From assembly GCA_964016885.1 (NCBI GenBank), contig OZ024741.1, positions 368,714,001 through 368,778,000 on the forward strand: a DNA stretch of 64,000 nt, read 5' to 3'. The first letter of the stretch is position 1. Every line of letters begins with the position of its first letter. The translations under genes and the position numbers were made by a program. This document shows, piece by piece, positions 1 to 13,000 of the stretch. The notes under the pieces are model-generated. The model was not told where the DNA came from and did not search any database. It was given only the letters and a program-made list of their open reading frames with translations. Source of the DNA: Eledone cirrhosa. Its lineage: Eukaryota.

Positions 1-71
1 ACAGTTTCCTTGTATATCTGAAATAGAAATAATGCATACATGTAGTTGTAATTTCAATATATTGGCAAAGA

Positions 72-288
72 TTAACCCTTTAGCATTTACATTACTCTAT
101 ATTTACTATTGTATTTTCACAGTAAAAGCTTTACCTCACATAATTATCTCATATATATCGAATCTATGAGATTTTGATATTTATTTTGAGAAAAATACCT
201 TAACATTAGTGGCTGGTAAGGGCCAGTTTGAACAGAAGAGATAAGAGATTCTGGCTAGATACAGTTGGTTTAAATGCTAAAGGGTTAA
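72..288. mobile_element. TTAA-flanked piggyBac-type MITE, family A
   Basis: TTAA-CCCTTTAGCATTTA...TAAATGCTAAAGGG-TTAA; homologous copies at 5943, 6926, 17077, 17430, 30516, 59368. Confidence 0.8.
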
Positions 289-359
289 ATAACATTTTGT
301 ATAGAATTCCAATAAATCAAAATCAAAGATGTATTAGATAGGGAATTAATACAACACCA

Positions 360-592
360 TTAACTCTTGTTACTATATTTCTATTGAAAGACACTATTAT
401 TTTCAAATTATTTTGAAAATAATCAAGAATCTTGAGGGATATAGTAATTAATATAACCCATTTTTAAGACTGTGTTTAGAACATAGCAAACAAGTATGAT
501 GGAAGATTTTTTAAAATATAAATATAAACACTTTACAATAAACAGCTAAGCATCATGGAACTAGGGGTGGTTTCAGGTATCAAAAGGTTTAA
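360..592. mobile_element. TTAA-flanked MITE, family B (degenerate)
   Basis: TTAACTCTTGTTACTATATTTC...GGTATCAAAAGGTTTAA; similar to copies at 23519, 25742, 29626, 30206, 33030, 40207, 43013, 48680. Confidence 0.65.
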
Positions 593-689
593 AAAAACAA
601 AACAAAATATAACAGAAATGGTTCGTTGTCAGAATAATGAAACCAAAGACATCCTTATACCTTTGTATGATCTAAACAGTTTAAATCAT

Positions 690-1465
690 ACAAAGGGTTA
701 GAATAAGCAGGGTGAGAGTGGGAGTGGTGGAGAATCGGTAATTTTTCTCGGTTGACTAACTTTTTTTAAAAAACCAGAATTAGTTGTTTAGTTTACATAT
801 TGAGATCCTAACCCATCCTAATTATTTTATAACGTCTGGAATTTCTTGTAATGTTCTTTTTTGTTATCTATAATGTTTTTTAAAGTCTAAAATAAATTAA
901 TTATCGCAAGAATGTGTAATGACCTACGTTCCTTGGGCTCATAGATACATTCTCCGTGCGCTATTTGGCTCAGCTCAGTCGATCGCTGCCAGCGGAGGAG
1001 AATGTATCTCGACACGCCCTGCAGGAAAAGTTCCCGCATCAGCTCAGAAATCTCTCTTTCTTGCAGCTTGACCATGCTAAGGTAAAGACTACTTATTCTT
1101 TTGCTCCGTAAGCACAAACAATATGTAACGACAAAACATTACTACGGGCCTGGCCAAACGCCTCAGCCAGTCGACCGTATTTTCTCTTGTAATCTTAATT
1201 GATTTATTTCATTTCTCTTGGCATGCCAGCTTAACCTTTGTTAATAAATTATGTAAAAACATGCTAAAGTCTTGGTGATATTACTATCATTCCTTATTGC
1301 TAAAGAGGTGATTATCATAATTCTGCTAAAAATGCTACCACTGAAAATATAATTTCGTCGGAGACAGATTAGCAAAATTTAATAAGCAGGTTGGGGTGGA
1401 AAAAATCTTAAACATTTAATAAACAGGGAGGGGATGGGAGCAATTATTTGAGACCAGAGAATACT
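690..1465 (-). mobile_element. possible decayed DNA transposon (Tc1/mariner-pogo-like) remnant
   Basis: CpG-rich patch; minus ORF 887-1117 contains HTH-like GVSRYILLRWQR; AATAAGCAGG motif recurs near both ends. Family uncertain. Confidence 0.3.
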
Positions 1466-1573
1466 TTGATATATAAAAATGGATTGTCAAACTTTTAATC
1501 TAAATTTAGAAAATTTGGTCTCATAAATTCAGTTAAATAGAAGTAGAATGAAAGAAAAAAAATAGAGACAAAC

Positions 1574-1774
1574 CTGCAAGTTATGGCATTCAGTGAGAAG
1601 TTTATTTCGTTTGTCCCAAGCTCCTGTAAGAAGAAGGCGGCTCTTGTCTAATTCTTTGATCCTCTTCCCAACTTGAGCAGAGTTAGGAGATGAAGTTGCC
1701 TCAAGTTTCTTCAGTAAATTGTTTCCGTGTTCACGAACCACTTTGAATAATTTCTGACGACCATCAATCTCAGC
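1574..1774 (-). CDS. SPTBN5: spectrin exon (AEIDGRQKLF...AWDKRNKLLTECHNLQ)
   Basis: TAG/GTTTGT, 201 nt. Confidence 0.92.
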
Positions 1775-4700
1775 CTAATTATCAAATATGTAATTACGTA
1801 TATGTGTGAAAAAGACAGAGAAAATGCCTTACAAAGAGGATAAAAGAGAGAGAGTGTGAAAAAAATATAGAAAGTGTATGAGAAAGAGAGATAGTGAGAG
1901 CAAAGGAATGAGAGAGCATAAAAAAAAATCATTATAAAAATTATTTTCCATCAAAACCTTATTTGCACTCCCACAATACTACCTATCACAACTCTTCCCA
2001 GCTTGCCCACTGATATAAACACCCTAGTGTTGAAATGTGGTTGTAGTGTAAATAGGTAGTGCAGATACCACAAACATTGCACCCTGTCCACCCTAGCATG
2101 TGGTAGTGCCACAAGAAAATGAACCCCAGTACATGCCAAGAAGTGATTGGCATTGAGGGCATCCAGCCACAGAAACCATGCCCAAATGGAATGTATGAGC
2201 CAGAGACAACTGACTTGCATGTCTAGTCTTAGAACATGACACCCTGTCTAATCAAAGCCAGCAGAGAAAACAGACATAAATTGGAGATGGTGGTTATTAA
2301 GGCCAACTCAAAATCAATAGAAGCATGCTTATTTCATTTCTTTCCAGATGTATATCCTCAGTATTCACTGCCCATATCTCAATACCATGCAGCATCACAG
2401 ATTGCACACAGGCATCATACAGCTGGCATTTGACCTTTCGTTTGTAGGGAGAAAGCTTTTGTTGTCCACAAAGGTACATCATATTGAGTTTCTGCCTACT
2501 CCTTTTCTACATAACAAACAAGGCCAGTTACTTGTCATCTTTCCTATTTACTAAAACTTTGATTTTTGCCAAGTTTACTCAAAGCCCTTCTGATTCCCAG
2601 TTCTGTTTCCACAGCCGGAATTTCTTCCACAGAATCAGCTAAAAGAACCAAATCATGAGCATACAAAAGTACCTATGGACAGCCATGCTTAAATTCTTCC
2701 GTTTTGGCCTGGAGAACTATAAAAAAAAGTCGGCTGAAGATTGAGCCCCGACGCACTCATGCCTGCACATTGAATTCTTCACTAAACACTTCCTACTCTC
2801 ACTTTACTAACACCTCCTCTGTACAAGGCTTACTGCTCTCAAAAGCCACTCTTCAACAGTTTTTTTAAGGATCACCAGATAATAGATTGAGATACTCTGT
2901 GAAAGACCACCTCCAGATCAACAAAAGCTAGGTACAGACACTTAACTACAAGAGAAAATCCTAATTGTCTCAAAGAAGAGGGGATCTGTAGTACTTCTCT
3001 CTGGCACAAAACTGAATTGCATCTCATCTAATTTAACTCTTTCCTAATTAGCTGTGCTAAAATATTTTCTGTCATTTCATAATTTGATGCATCAGTTCCA
3101 TGCAGTAGCCAAAACTGGACCCTAAAACCAATGGTTGCACATACATGTCAATCATCATTTAACACCCCTTCTCCCTGGTAGCCAGGGCTGGATGGGCCAC
3201 ACATGCACACACACACACATAATATCATTATATTAGAACCTTGCTAATCATTGTAGACATTAAACAACACTAACTTTTCGTTCATGATGCAACTGCAACA
3301 TATTTTCAGCTTCCAAGGAATCTTTGGCAAGTTCAGATTTGTTGATTTGTGTTGCCATATTGTTGGACCAGTTTACCTAAATACATGCAAGGACAAAAAT
3401 AAAAAAAATATTTGCAGAATTAACTTAAAAGTTAAAAATATTATTTAAATACTTCATGTTTAGTAAACTCACTTCAAGTATTGTAAAATACGAACAAAAT
3501 AAACCATAATTATATAATACAGCATAACTCAAATTCCCAAATATTCTGCTGTTCTCCCCGTTTCCCCTATTTTTCAAGTCTTTCCAGATCTGACTTTTTG
3601 CTTTTATGGCTCTATTTAACCTATAATTCAACCCCCATACTAGTTTCCATTATGCTGGGATCCACCTCCAAGTGCAGACTTGATTCATGGCTTTCAGCAG
3701 ATTGTCTTGTAGAAATTTGTAAATTTTCTCCATATTATATGAATATGCATATACAGTGTTTGCTTTCTATGCGAACATGAAGTTCGCAAATTTGCTTTAG
3801 TGTCCCACCCTTGCAAGCAGGGAAAAGCGGACGTAAAATGATGATGATGATGATGATGATGTCTCTTGAAAAAACATTAAATATTCACTTTGTGTGAATA
3901 ACGTGCTATAACGTGTGTAGTTTTTAAATCTTTTTTTTTTCATCAGAAAATTAGACTTGAATTACACAAATTTGCTTTATGCACCTCCATGTAAAAAGCA
4001 AACAGACTGTATATGTGCATGTGCATCAGTCTTTATGCCCCATAACTTAGCAGTTCAACAAAAAGAGATTGATAAAATAAGAACTAGGCTTAAAATAAAT
4101 AAGTACTGGATTTGATATGATCAACTGAATCCCTTTAAAGTCGTGCCACAGCATGGCAGCAGTCTAATGAGTAAAAGAGTAAAACTGAAATTCTCCATTA
4201 TTTCAGAGACATAACCACATAACTTAACATACACATTGAATAACTTACCGATTCATTGGCATCAGTGAGGAATTTCTGTAACTCATATGAGTCAGCCAGT
4301 TTGGCCTTTCTGTGAAAAATAGGAAATGAGAAAAGAATCTTAAAGAGGAATCATCTATTAAGTTTGTGGACAGATTTGAAAGCAATGGACAGCAGTCTTG
4401 ATAATATAGGAACTGGGCTGGTTTAACTTAAGTAAAATAAGCATATACTTAGGATATGAAGGGGTTGAGGGGGCATGATGTTATTCAAATTAAATGTATT
4501 TATCATTACAAAGATATAAAAAAAATTACAGGCTTTATATATGGGAGGGTGGAGGCACCATACTCTTAAGTCCTTAGAGCCTCAAAAGGACTTAAATGAA
4601 AAAGCACTCAACTAAATTGTTTATACAATTTAATGGCTGACTTTCTTCTTTGTAACTGTAAGATTGATGAAAGTACTAGTAATATACTAGAGGTGGCTAC

Positions 4701-6983
4701 ATCTCATCCTCTTAAGTACACACACACCCATACATATATATATATGAGAAATTAGGAATAAGAGGGATCAGATGCTGTTTACTTGAGAGAAGACTACGTT
4801 GGTATGGTCACGTGATGCGCATGAAAGACGACAGCTGCATAAAAAAGTGCAGGGCGATCAAAATTGATGGTAGACCCAGAAAAACCTGGGACGATCTGAT
4901 AAATTCCGACCTTACACACTTGCACCTCTCTAAGACAATGTCACTGGACCGAGATCTTTGGCACTAGGCAGTAATACAGAAGACCCACCTTGCCTATGTA
5001 CAAAGTGAAACCTACAGTCAGTAGGCACCTCTTAACCAAATATACACCCCAATCCACTACCCCTGACCTATCCTCCCACTCCCACCAACACCACGAGATA
5101 ATGGGATCGAGATCGTGTAGGTGTCACGAAAAAAAAAACACAGTCCACGTTGTAATGTGGCCGTGTAGGTAACACGGTAAAAAGTTCCCAGTTCCACACT
5201 GTAAATGTGGCTGGTGTTAGGAAGGGCATCCAGCCGTAGAAAACCTGCCAGATAGTCCTATATGAGTGAGACCAACCTTGCCTCAAGTGGGACAACTCCC
5301 GTCTAACCCATGCTAGCATGGAAGATGGATGTTAAACAATGATGATAATGATGATATACACACACACAGATAGATAACCACATACTAAACACTATTACAG
5401 CCATCACTTGCAATCGAATATAACTTGATAGTATGTACCATGCTTCCACTCAGGATTTTAAGTACCCATGCAGTCAAAAGTAGACAGACCCTCTCGACCC
5501 TTCCTCCCTCTCCCCAGTGAAACATCCGGGATATGACAGCTGGAAGAAGAGAGAGCTTCACCAACCCCCCACCCTTGACCCAGTAAAACATACAGAATAT
5601 GACAGCTGGAAGAAGAAAAGGGCTACCCCAACCCTCCCTTTCTTGACCCAGCGAAACATCCAGGATATGACATCTGGAAGGGGGGCTGCACAAGCACTGA
5701 GATGAGGCAACGTGGATCTTGGTGGGATTGGAACACAGAATGCATACACCCAGAACAAATCTCAATCACACTAATGACTTACATCTGTACATCTATCTAG
5801 AGATTCTCTCATCACTAAGCAAGTACACTGAAAAGCTTAAAGCATATCTAGAGTTGTCTATAGTATTAAAGTCAAAGATAATGTCTTTTCATCATTGATA
5901 ATTTAAAAAAATATCTTTTTGATGTAGCCATCATTAATTACATTAACCCTTTAATATTTACATTACTCTATATTTACTATTATATTTTCATGGTAAACAC
6001 TTTATTTCACATAATTATCTCAATGTCGAATCTATGAGATTTTGATATAATTTATTTTGAGAACAGTACCTTAACATCAGTATAAACAGCTGGTTACAGC
6101 CAGTTTGAACAGAAAAAGGTGGGAGAATTCTGGCCAGATATGGCTGGTTTAAATGCTAAAGGGTTAATATTAACTTTACTATATATCTGGGGCCTCCATA
6201 TGTCTCATGAAATTATGGATCTTCACCTGGAAAGTTGATGTTAAAGACAAGTACTGGACAAGCTTTCTTTTTTATACAAGGCCAGTAGTTGCCCATGCAT
6301 ACAATCTCCCCTCCTCATGCTACCAATGTTGTCCAACAGAAAGGCAAGTGCTCTTACAGCTGGGTACCATTGCCACCAGAACACTAAAAGCTGGAACAGA
6401 TACCTCAAGGTAGCTGTTCTATTTCTCTAACAACTCTGATAATTCACCACCCTGGACTACTATAACCATTGACTTGGAAAAAAAAATGAAGTGTAAAGTT
6501 GACCTACTTCTCCGAATCGAGAGATCACAGCTCCAATACTATGGGCATGTGGTTAGAATGTCTCAAGAAAGAATTGCTCGACAGATTTTATGGACAAAAC
6601 CAACAGGTAGGAGACCCAGGGGTAGACACTGAGTAAGATGGTTAGATAATATCCATGAGCTTGGCTGGTCACGCTTGGGGATGGTAACTTCTGACAGGAC
6701 CTGCTGGAAAGAGTGTTTGAGAACTCTGCCCACACAACCCACTCAGGAATAAATGGGCGAAGGAGGAGGATTTGAATTCAGAGCAGCAGAACAAATTCTG
6801 CAAGGCATTCTATCCAATGCTCTAATGACTGCTAATTTGTCTCCCTATGCATGATATAGTAAACTGGACACTAACACAATCCAGACTACACTCATATTGA
6901 AGAAGTTGACATTGCTAAACAATACTTAACTCTTTAGCATTTACATTACTCTATATTTACTATTGTATTTTCGCAGTAAACAC

Positions 6984-7016
<33 letters not shown>

Positions 7017-10000
7017 TGATGATGACACTTTATCTCACATATCAAATCTTGTTTTGAGAACAATACCTTAACATCAGTATGAGTGGCTGATTACAGCCAG
7101 TTTGAACAGAAAGAGGTGAGAATTCTGGCTGGATAAGGCCGGTTAGAATGCTAAATGGTTAAAATCAAATAACCTATTTACCTTTTCTGTAACAGTTTTT
7201 GAAGATCTTGCCAACTATTCTTGGCTTCAGTCAATTTCTTTTCAATGGAGCTAGAGAGATGTGGGTAAGTCTGCTGCAGTTTGTGAGCATGTTTTTCAAG
7301 TTTCTAGAATAATCAAAATTGTTATTTTATATTGCTATTAATACTTACATTAACAAAAATAACTACCATATACACCCATGTATATGTCACACATTTTCCC
7401 CACATAGATATGACAGGAAAACACATGTGACTTATTCACTGGAATGACAAAAAACTTCAAAGTTATTAGTTACCGCTTGGTTGCCAGGGTTACACACGCC
7501 TGAGTGAAGACTCCTGGCCAAGGCCAGGAGGCACCTGACCGAAAAGGCGAATGAGAGATAGAGAACTTAAAGTTGTTAGTTTTATAGGGTTCTGACCGGA
7601 AGTTACAGAAAGGGTTCTACTTCCTGTCTAGAGAGCGTTAATCTATTGGGGTTGTGAGTGTCACAACAAGGGAGGCAACTCCTGCTACAAGTATATACAG
7701 TAAGCATAGTGAGATGGGCTCTGCCAGGTTTAACAATGCCCTAAAAATTCTGTATGTCAATACAGTATCACTACCATACACGCACACAGTAGATATACAG
7801 TAAGACCTTTATACAAAAAATATTTTAGTAATGCTTCTGATAAATGTTGACCAAAATACATGGTAAATTTTATAACAAGGCCAATACAACTTTAAACTAA
7901 AACCATTAATATCAGTGCGAAGGAGGCTGCTGCCTAGTTAATAGAGTGACGGCTTATCAGCCACAATAATTCACATTCTATTTACCAGAATGGTATCATT
8001 TCCCTGGTGAAGGGCTCAGCCCTAAAGTTAGGAATAGATACCAGTTGCTATGGAATCGCTAAAATCTAAAGTTACGTTGAAATTTGCAATGAAAGGCTAC
8101 CACCTTATTGGTTTAGTAATAGCTGATAACTTTGAAATAGATATGTTCTATTACTCCAGCCATACCTTGAGATAAACACACTTATTTCAGCTATGGTTAA
8201 ACATCTAGAGATAAACACACCTATTAGTTCAGCCATAGTTGACATCCTTGGGATAAACATGTCTCTGAGCTGAGCTATAGTTGACAGCCTTGACATAAAC
8301 ATGTCTCTGAGCTGAGCTATAGTTGACAGCCTTGAGACAAACATGTCTTTGAGCTGAGCTATAGTTGACAGCCTTGAGATAGACATGTCTATTACTTCAA
8401 CCCTAGTTGATAGCCTCAAGACAGACATGTCTGTTACTTGAGTTACAGTTGACAGCCTAACGATAGATATGCCTTTGCACTATAAAACAATTTCTTACCA
8501 AAGATTACTAGTTTTGCATTTTTTCAGCAACTAAGTATTATTTTATCAATTTGACCCAACACTACAATTCTACCATAGCTACAAGATCTTTGAAAACAAA
8601 ATAAATTTTATCCTGATTCCCTATTTTAAAAGCACTTCACAAAAAAGATAATGTTTATATTTGAGGAAGAAGCTGAAAACGAATATTCAACTTTATTATC
8701 TGAACTTCACTAGGATTCTATCCTTACACTACTCGATATAAATATTTTTGTCTGTGTTTAGAAAATTTCAAGTGAATTGCTTAAATTGACAGTACTTTAG
8801 CCCTTTTGATACCAACCCGGCCCAAACCACCCATTTTAAAAGGGTCCTATTTAAATAGAAATCTTCCAGCACAATCTTATAAAAGACTAACAAGCAGCAA
8901 ATGGTCACAGAAAACAAGCACCACCAAACTCTGGGAGGGCTCTGTAGAAACAGTAGACAGCTTTTGCTATCAAGGTGACTGAATTAGCAGCGGAGGTGGG
9001 TGTTCAGAAAGTACAGTAACCAGGGTAAGAACGAGATGGAAGAAGTTCAGGGAGCTACTGCCACTGCTAGCTGCAAAAGGCTTTCCCCTCAAAATGAAAG
9101 GCAGACAGCAATGTTACATGGTAGTGTGACCCGTGTGTAGAAGACTTGTGTAGATTAGAAAGAAACGAAGGTTGCATGCTCCAATGGATGTCTAATAGTA
9201 ATATACGCGAACGGCAAAGCATAAACGAATTAAGAAAGAAGACTGAGCATAAGAGGAGTCAAATGTTGTGTGCAGGAGGAGGTTGCGTTGATATGGACAT
9301 GTGATGCATATGAAGGATGACAGCTGCATAAAAAGGTGCAGAGCACTAGAAGTCATGGAGTGGAGAGACCAAAGAAGACCTGGGATGAGGTGACAAAAGC
9401 CGACCATACCCGATTGCACCTCTCAAAGGCGATGACGCAGTACTGTGACCTCTGGCGTCACGCAGTAATACAGAAGACCCAACTTCCCACAGGTACAAGC
9501 TGAAGCTAAAGCATATAGACAATATGCCCCCACCCCCTCCCACTGCAAAGTGGTTGTGTAAGTGCCACGGAAAAAAAGCACCCAGCACTCACTGTAAATG
9601 AGGTTAGTGTTAGGAAGGGCATCCAGCTGTAGAAATCAAGCCAAAATTAGTTCCCGTATGAGCAAGACAAGGTCAGCCGACCGGGCACTGCCAACAATAG
9701 GACAACCTGTCTAACCCATGCTAGCGTGGAAGAATGGACGTAAAACGGTGATGATGATGATGATGATGACTCACATTAAGTTACTATCTTAATAATGAAA
9801 TAATCTAAATAAATACCTCAAAATTCTTCATTAATTACTTGAAATAGGGTGTATTTTATTAGAAATATGGCTATAATAGGGCTCAATAATAATTTTTTCA
9901 AGAAAAAAAAATGGAGTAAAAGAATACAAACCTTAATATCAGATTCTAGTACAGTGAAATCCATATCAATCTTTTCTTGCTTACGTAACAATAATTGAAC

Positions 10001-13000
10001 AGCTGCCAAATTTTTCCCATAATCATCAGTAGACAATTGAACTTCCTGAATGATAAAAGGTTGATCAAAAATTTAATTTTAGTTGTAAAAAACAGTCTAA
10101 AAATATGTCAATGACATTTTAATATAGACTTCTTAACATTGTTATATGAATGACAAAATATAACTCTAAAGAATATTAAGTATAAAGTATTTTGATCCTG
10201 AATTGAAAGAATACTTTTGAAATTTCTCTTCTGAGAAAATCATTTGAACCAAAATATATTTAGATTAACAAAGCGAAAGGCGCTTTAAACCATTAAAACA
10301 AAGGACTGTGACAACTTTCTTAAATTAGATAACTGAATCTCAGCTTTTTAAATGTCAACAACCATTGTGCATACATAATGCTTTGTAAAAGTCTGAGAGT
10401 TCAGCTGAGGTGATAAAGTTAATATAAACAATGATGTGGGCATGCATGAGGATGCTATAAAATAGCTTATAAAATAGAATGAAGACCCTTAAAGATGAAA
10501 AAAGGCGTTACCATTGGCCACTATGTTTATATATATTTTGAAATAGAAAGCTAGTACAGCAAAGCTTTAACTATAAAATAATTGAACAAGGTTGGCATAT
10601 AAACAAACTCCTGATAGAAAAAAGTGCCAATATTCTAGTCTTAAGAAAATTTAATTCTTTTCTTTTCAACGCAATTCTTATTTTATTTCATTTTGAATTT
10701 ACCTTTTCTTTTATTCGTTCTGTTACATCATTCACATCCCTATTGAATGCATGAATATTAGAGTGATTCTCCAGTTCAGATCTATAGTTATTCAAAGCTC
10801 CTTGTAACTTTCTCCAACTGCAAATATAGAAAAAACAAAAAAAAAATATAGGCATATATTAAATGAATCATATACTTTCAAAATAACAGTGCCCCAGCAT
10901 GGTCACAGTTGATGGGCTGGACCAAGTCAAAGGTTATAGAGCGAGACAAAATCTCGGAGCGCGGAGACCCAAGAAGACCTGGGATGAGGTGATAGGGGCC
11001 AACCTTACCCAGTTGCACCTCTCAAAGGCGATGACACACGACCGTGACCTCTGGCGTCACACAGTAATACAGAGTACCAGACCTCCCATGGGTACAAGCT
11101 GAAGCATATAGACAATATGCCCCCACACCCTCCCACTGCAAAGTGGTCGTGGAGGTGCCACAGCAAAAAAGCACCCAGCCCACACTGTAAAGTGGACGTG
11201 TAGGCGCAACGGAAAAAAGCACCCAGCACTCACTGTAAATGAGGTTGGTGTTAAGAAGGGCATCCAGCTGTAGAAACCAAGCCAAAATCAGTTCCTGTAT
11301 GAGCAAGGCATGGTCAGCCGACCAGACACTGCCTAAAACAGGACAACCCGTCTAACCCATGCTAGCATGGAAGAACGGACGTAAAACGGTGACGACGATG
11401 ATGATGATGATGATGACAGATGAAATGACAAACAAACTTCATTAGTAACATCTTACTCTTTTATCATATAATCTCTCTTGTCTCTGGCTTCTGCATTCAA
11501 TTTGTCAGCCAAATCACTGATGGATTGAATTCTGTTTTCATCAACCCTGATGCCCTAAGAAAATATAAGAAAAGATATTTTCTAGAAGTAAATTTATTTA
11601 TTTTCTTCATACTAAACAACAAATAAATGTTTATATCAAAAACAAAATGAAACATTCAAGTAGGTTCAAGAAAGCTCTATGTGCAGTATATAAGGAACAT
11701 GAGTTAGACACATGGCATACAGGACAATTTGAAGTTCCTACTTGACAATGTACTACAGACAACTGATGAGAACTGGGCCTGGAGTAAATCACCAGCCAGA
11801 TAGAGGGTGATCTGGTGATGGAACAGAACAGTAGATAGAGCTATTAAAACCAAGAGACAGGTGTGGATACATTAGAAAAATGGAGACAGCAGAGATCAGT
11901 ACCAGCTAGCTGAAAGAGAGGCTAGGCAACAAGTATAAGTACAAAAGGAGGCTGAAAGAAGGAGGTTTGCCGATGTTTTGCAATGTGAAGATAAAAGACA
12001 TGAGGTTTTCCACACTGCAAGGTAGTGTATCAGTGTGAATCAGGATATTGGTGGGGAAAAGTGTGTTCAAAATAACACTGGTGCACTTAACATCACTGCT
12101 GCTCAAAAGAATGAGGCCTAGAAATGTTATTATGAGGGGTTAATGATTGGGAGGGAGGGAGATTACCAACAACTGATCAAACATGGGGAGATGAAAAATG
12201 GTAAAGCTGTGGGACCATCTGAGCTAGTCACTGAGATACTGAAAGCATCCGGGGAAGTAGGAGTTGAACTAGTTATCTGTGTAGTCAATCAGATAATACA
12301 GTATCGAGTCATACTCAATGACTGGCGCAGCAGCATAATGATTAATTACTACAAGGGAAAAGGTGATGCCCTAGAAAGGAGCAACTGCAAGGGGAATAAA
12401 ACTAATGAACCAAGTCATGAAGGTGACAGAAAGAGTTATAGCACAACTAATTAGAGAAAGAGTCAAATTAGATGTGATGCAGTTTGGTTTTATGTCAATC
12501 AGGAGTACTATAACTGCTCTCGTTTTATTAAGACAACTACAAGAGAAGTTCTTAATTAAAAGTAAGCCTCTATATCTAACTTTTGTTAATCTAAACAAGG
12601 CTTTTGACAGAGTACCACAATCTGTCACCTGGTGGTCCTTAAGGAAACTAGGTGTAGAAGAGTGGCTTGTGTGAGCAGTACAAGCCATGTACAGAGGAGC
12701 TGTGAGTAATGTTTGAGTAGGAAGTGAGTTTAGCAAGGAATTCAAGCTATAGGTAGGAGTGCATTAGGATTCAGTTTTTAGCTTACTTCTGTTTATGTGC
12801 AAGAACAACAAAGCATGGATGAACTGAGAGAGAAACTAAGTATAAGAGGAATGAACATGTGATGTGCATAGCTGAAGAAGTGCCAAGATATTCAAGAGGT
12901 GGGAAGCCACAGTAGAAGAACAAAGAAGATATGGGCAGAGGAGATGACAAAGGAATGCAGCATGTGGAGACATGCTTGCTGAGAAGGACTCGCCCAACCC

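Noticed and set aside
11437-11456. Apparent in-frame TAA suggesting a spectrin pseudogene
   Set aside because: The TAA lies in the GTAAGA donor; a phase-2 splice at 11457 joins the next exon in frame.
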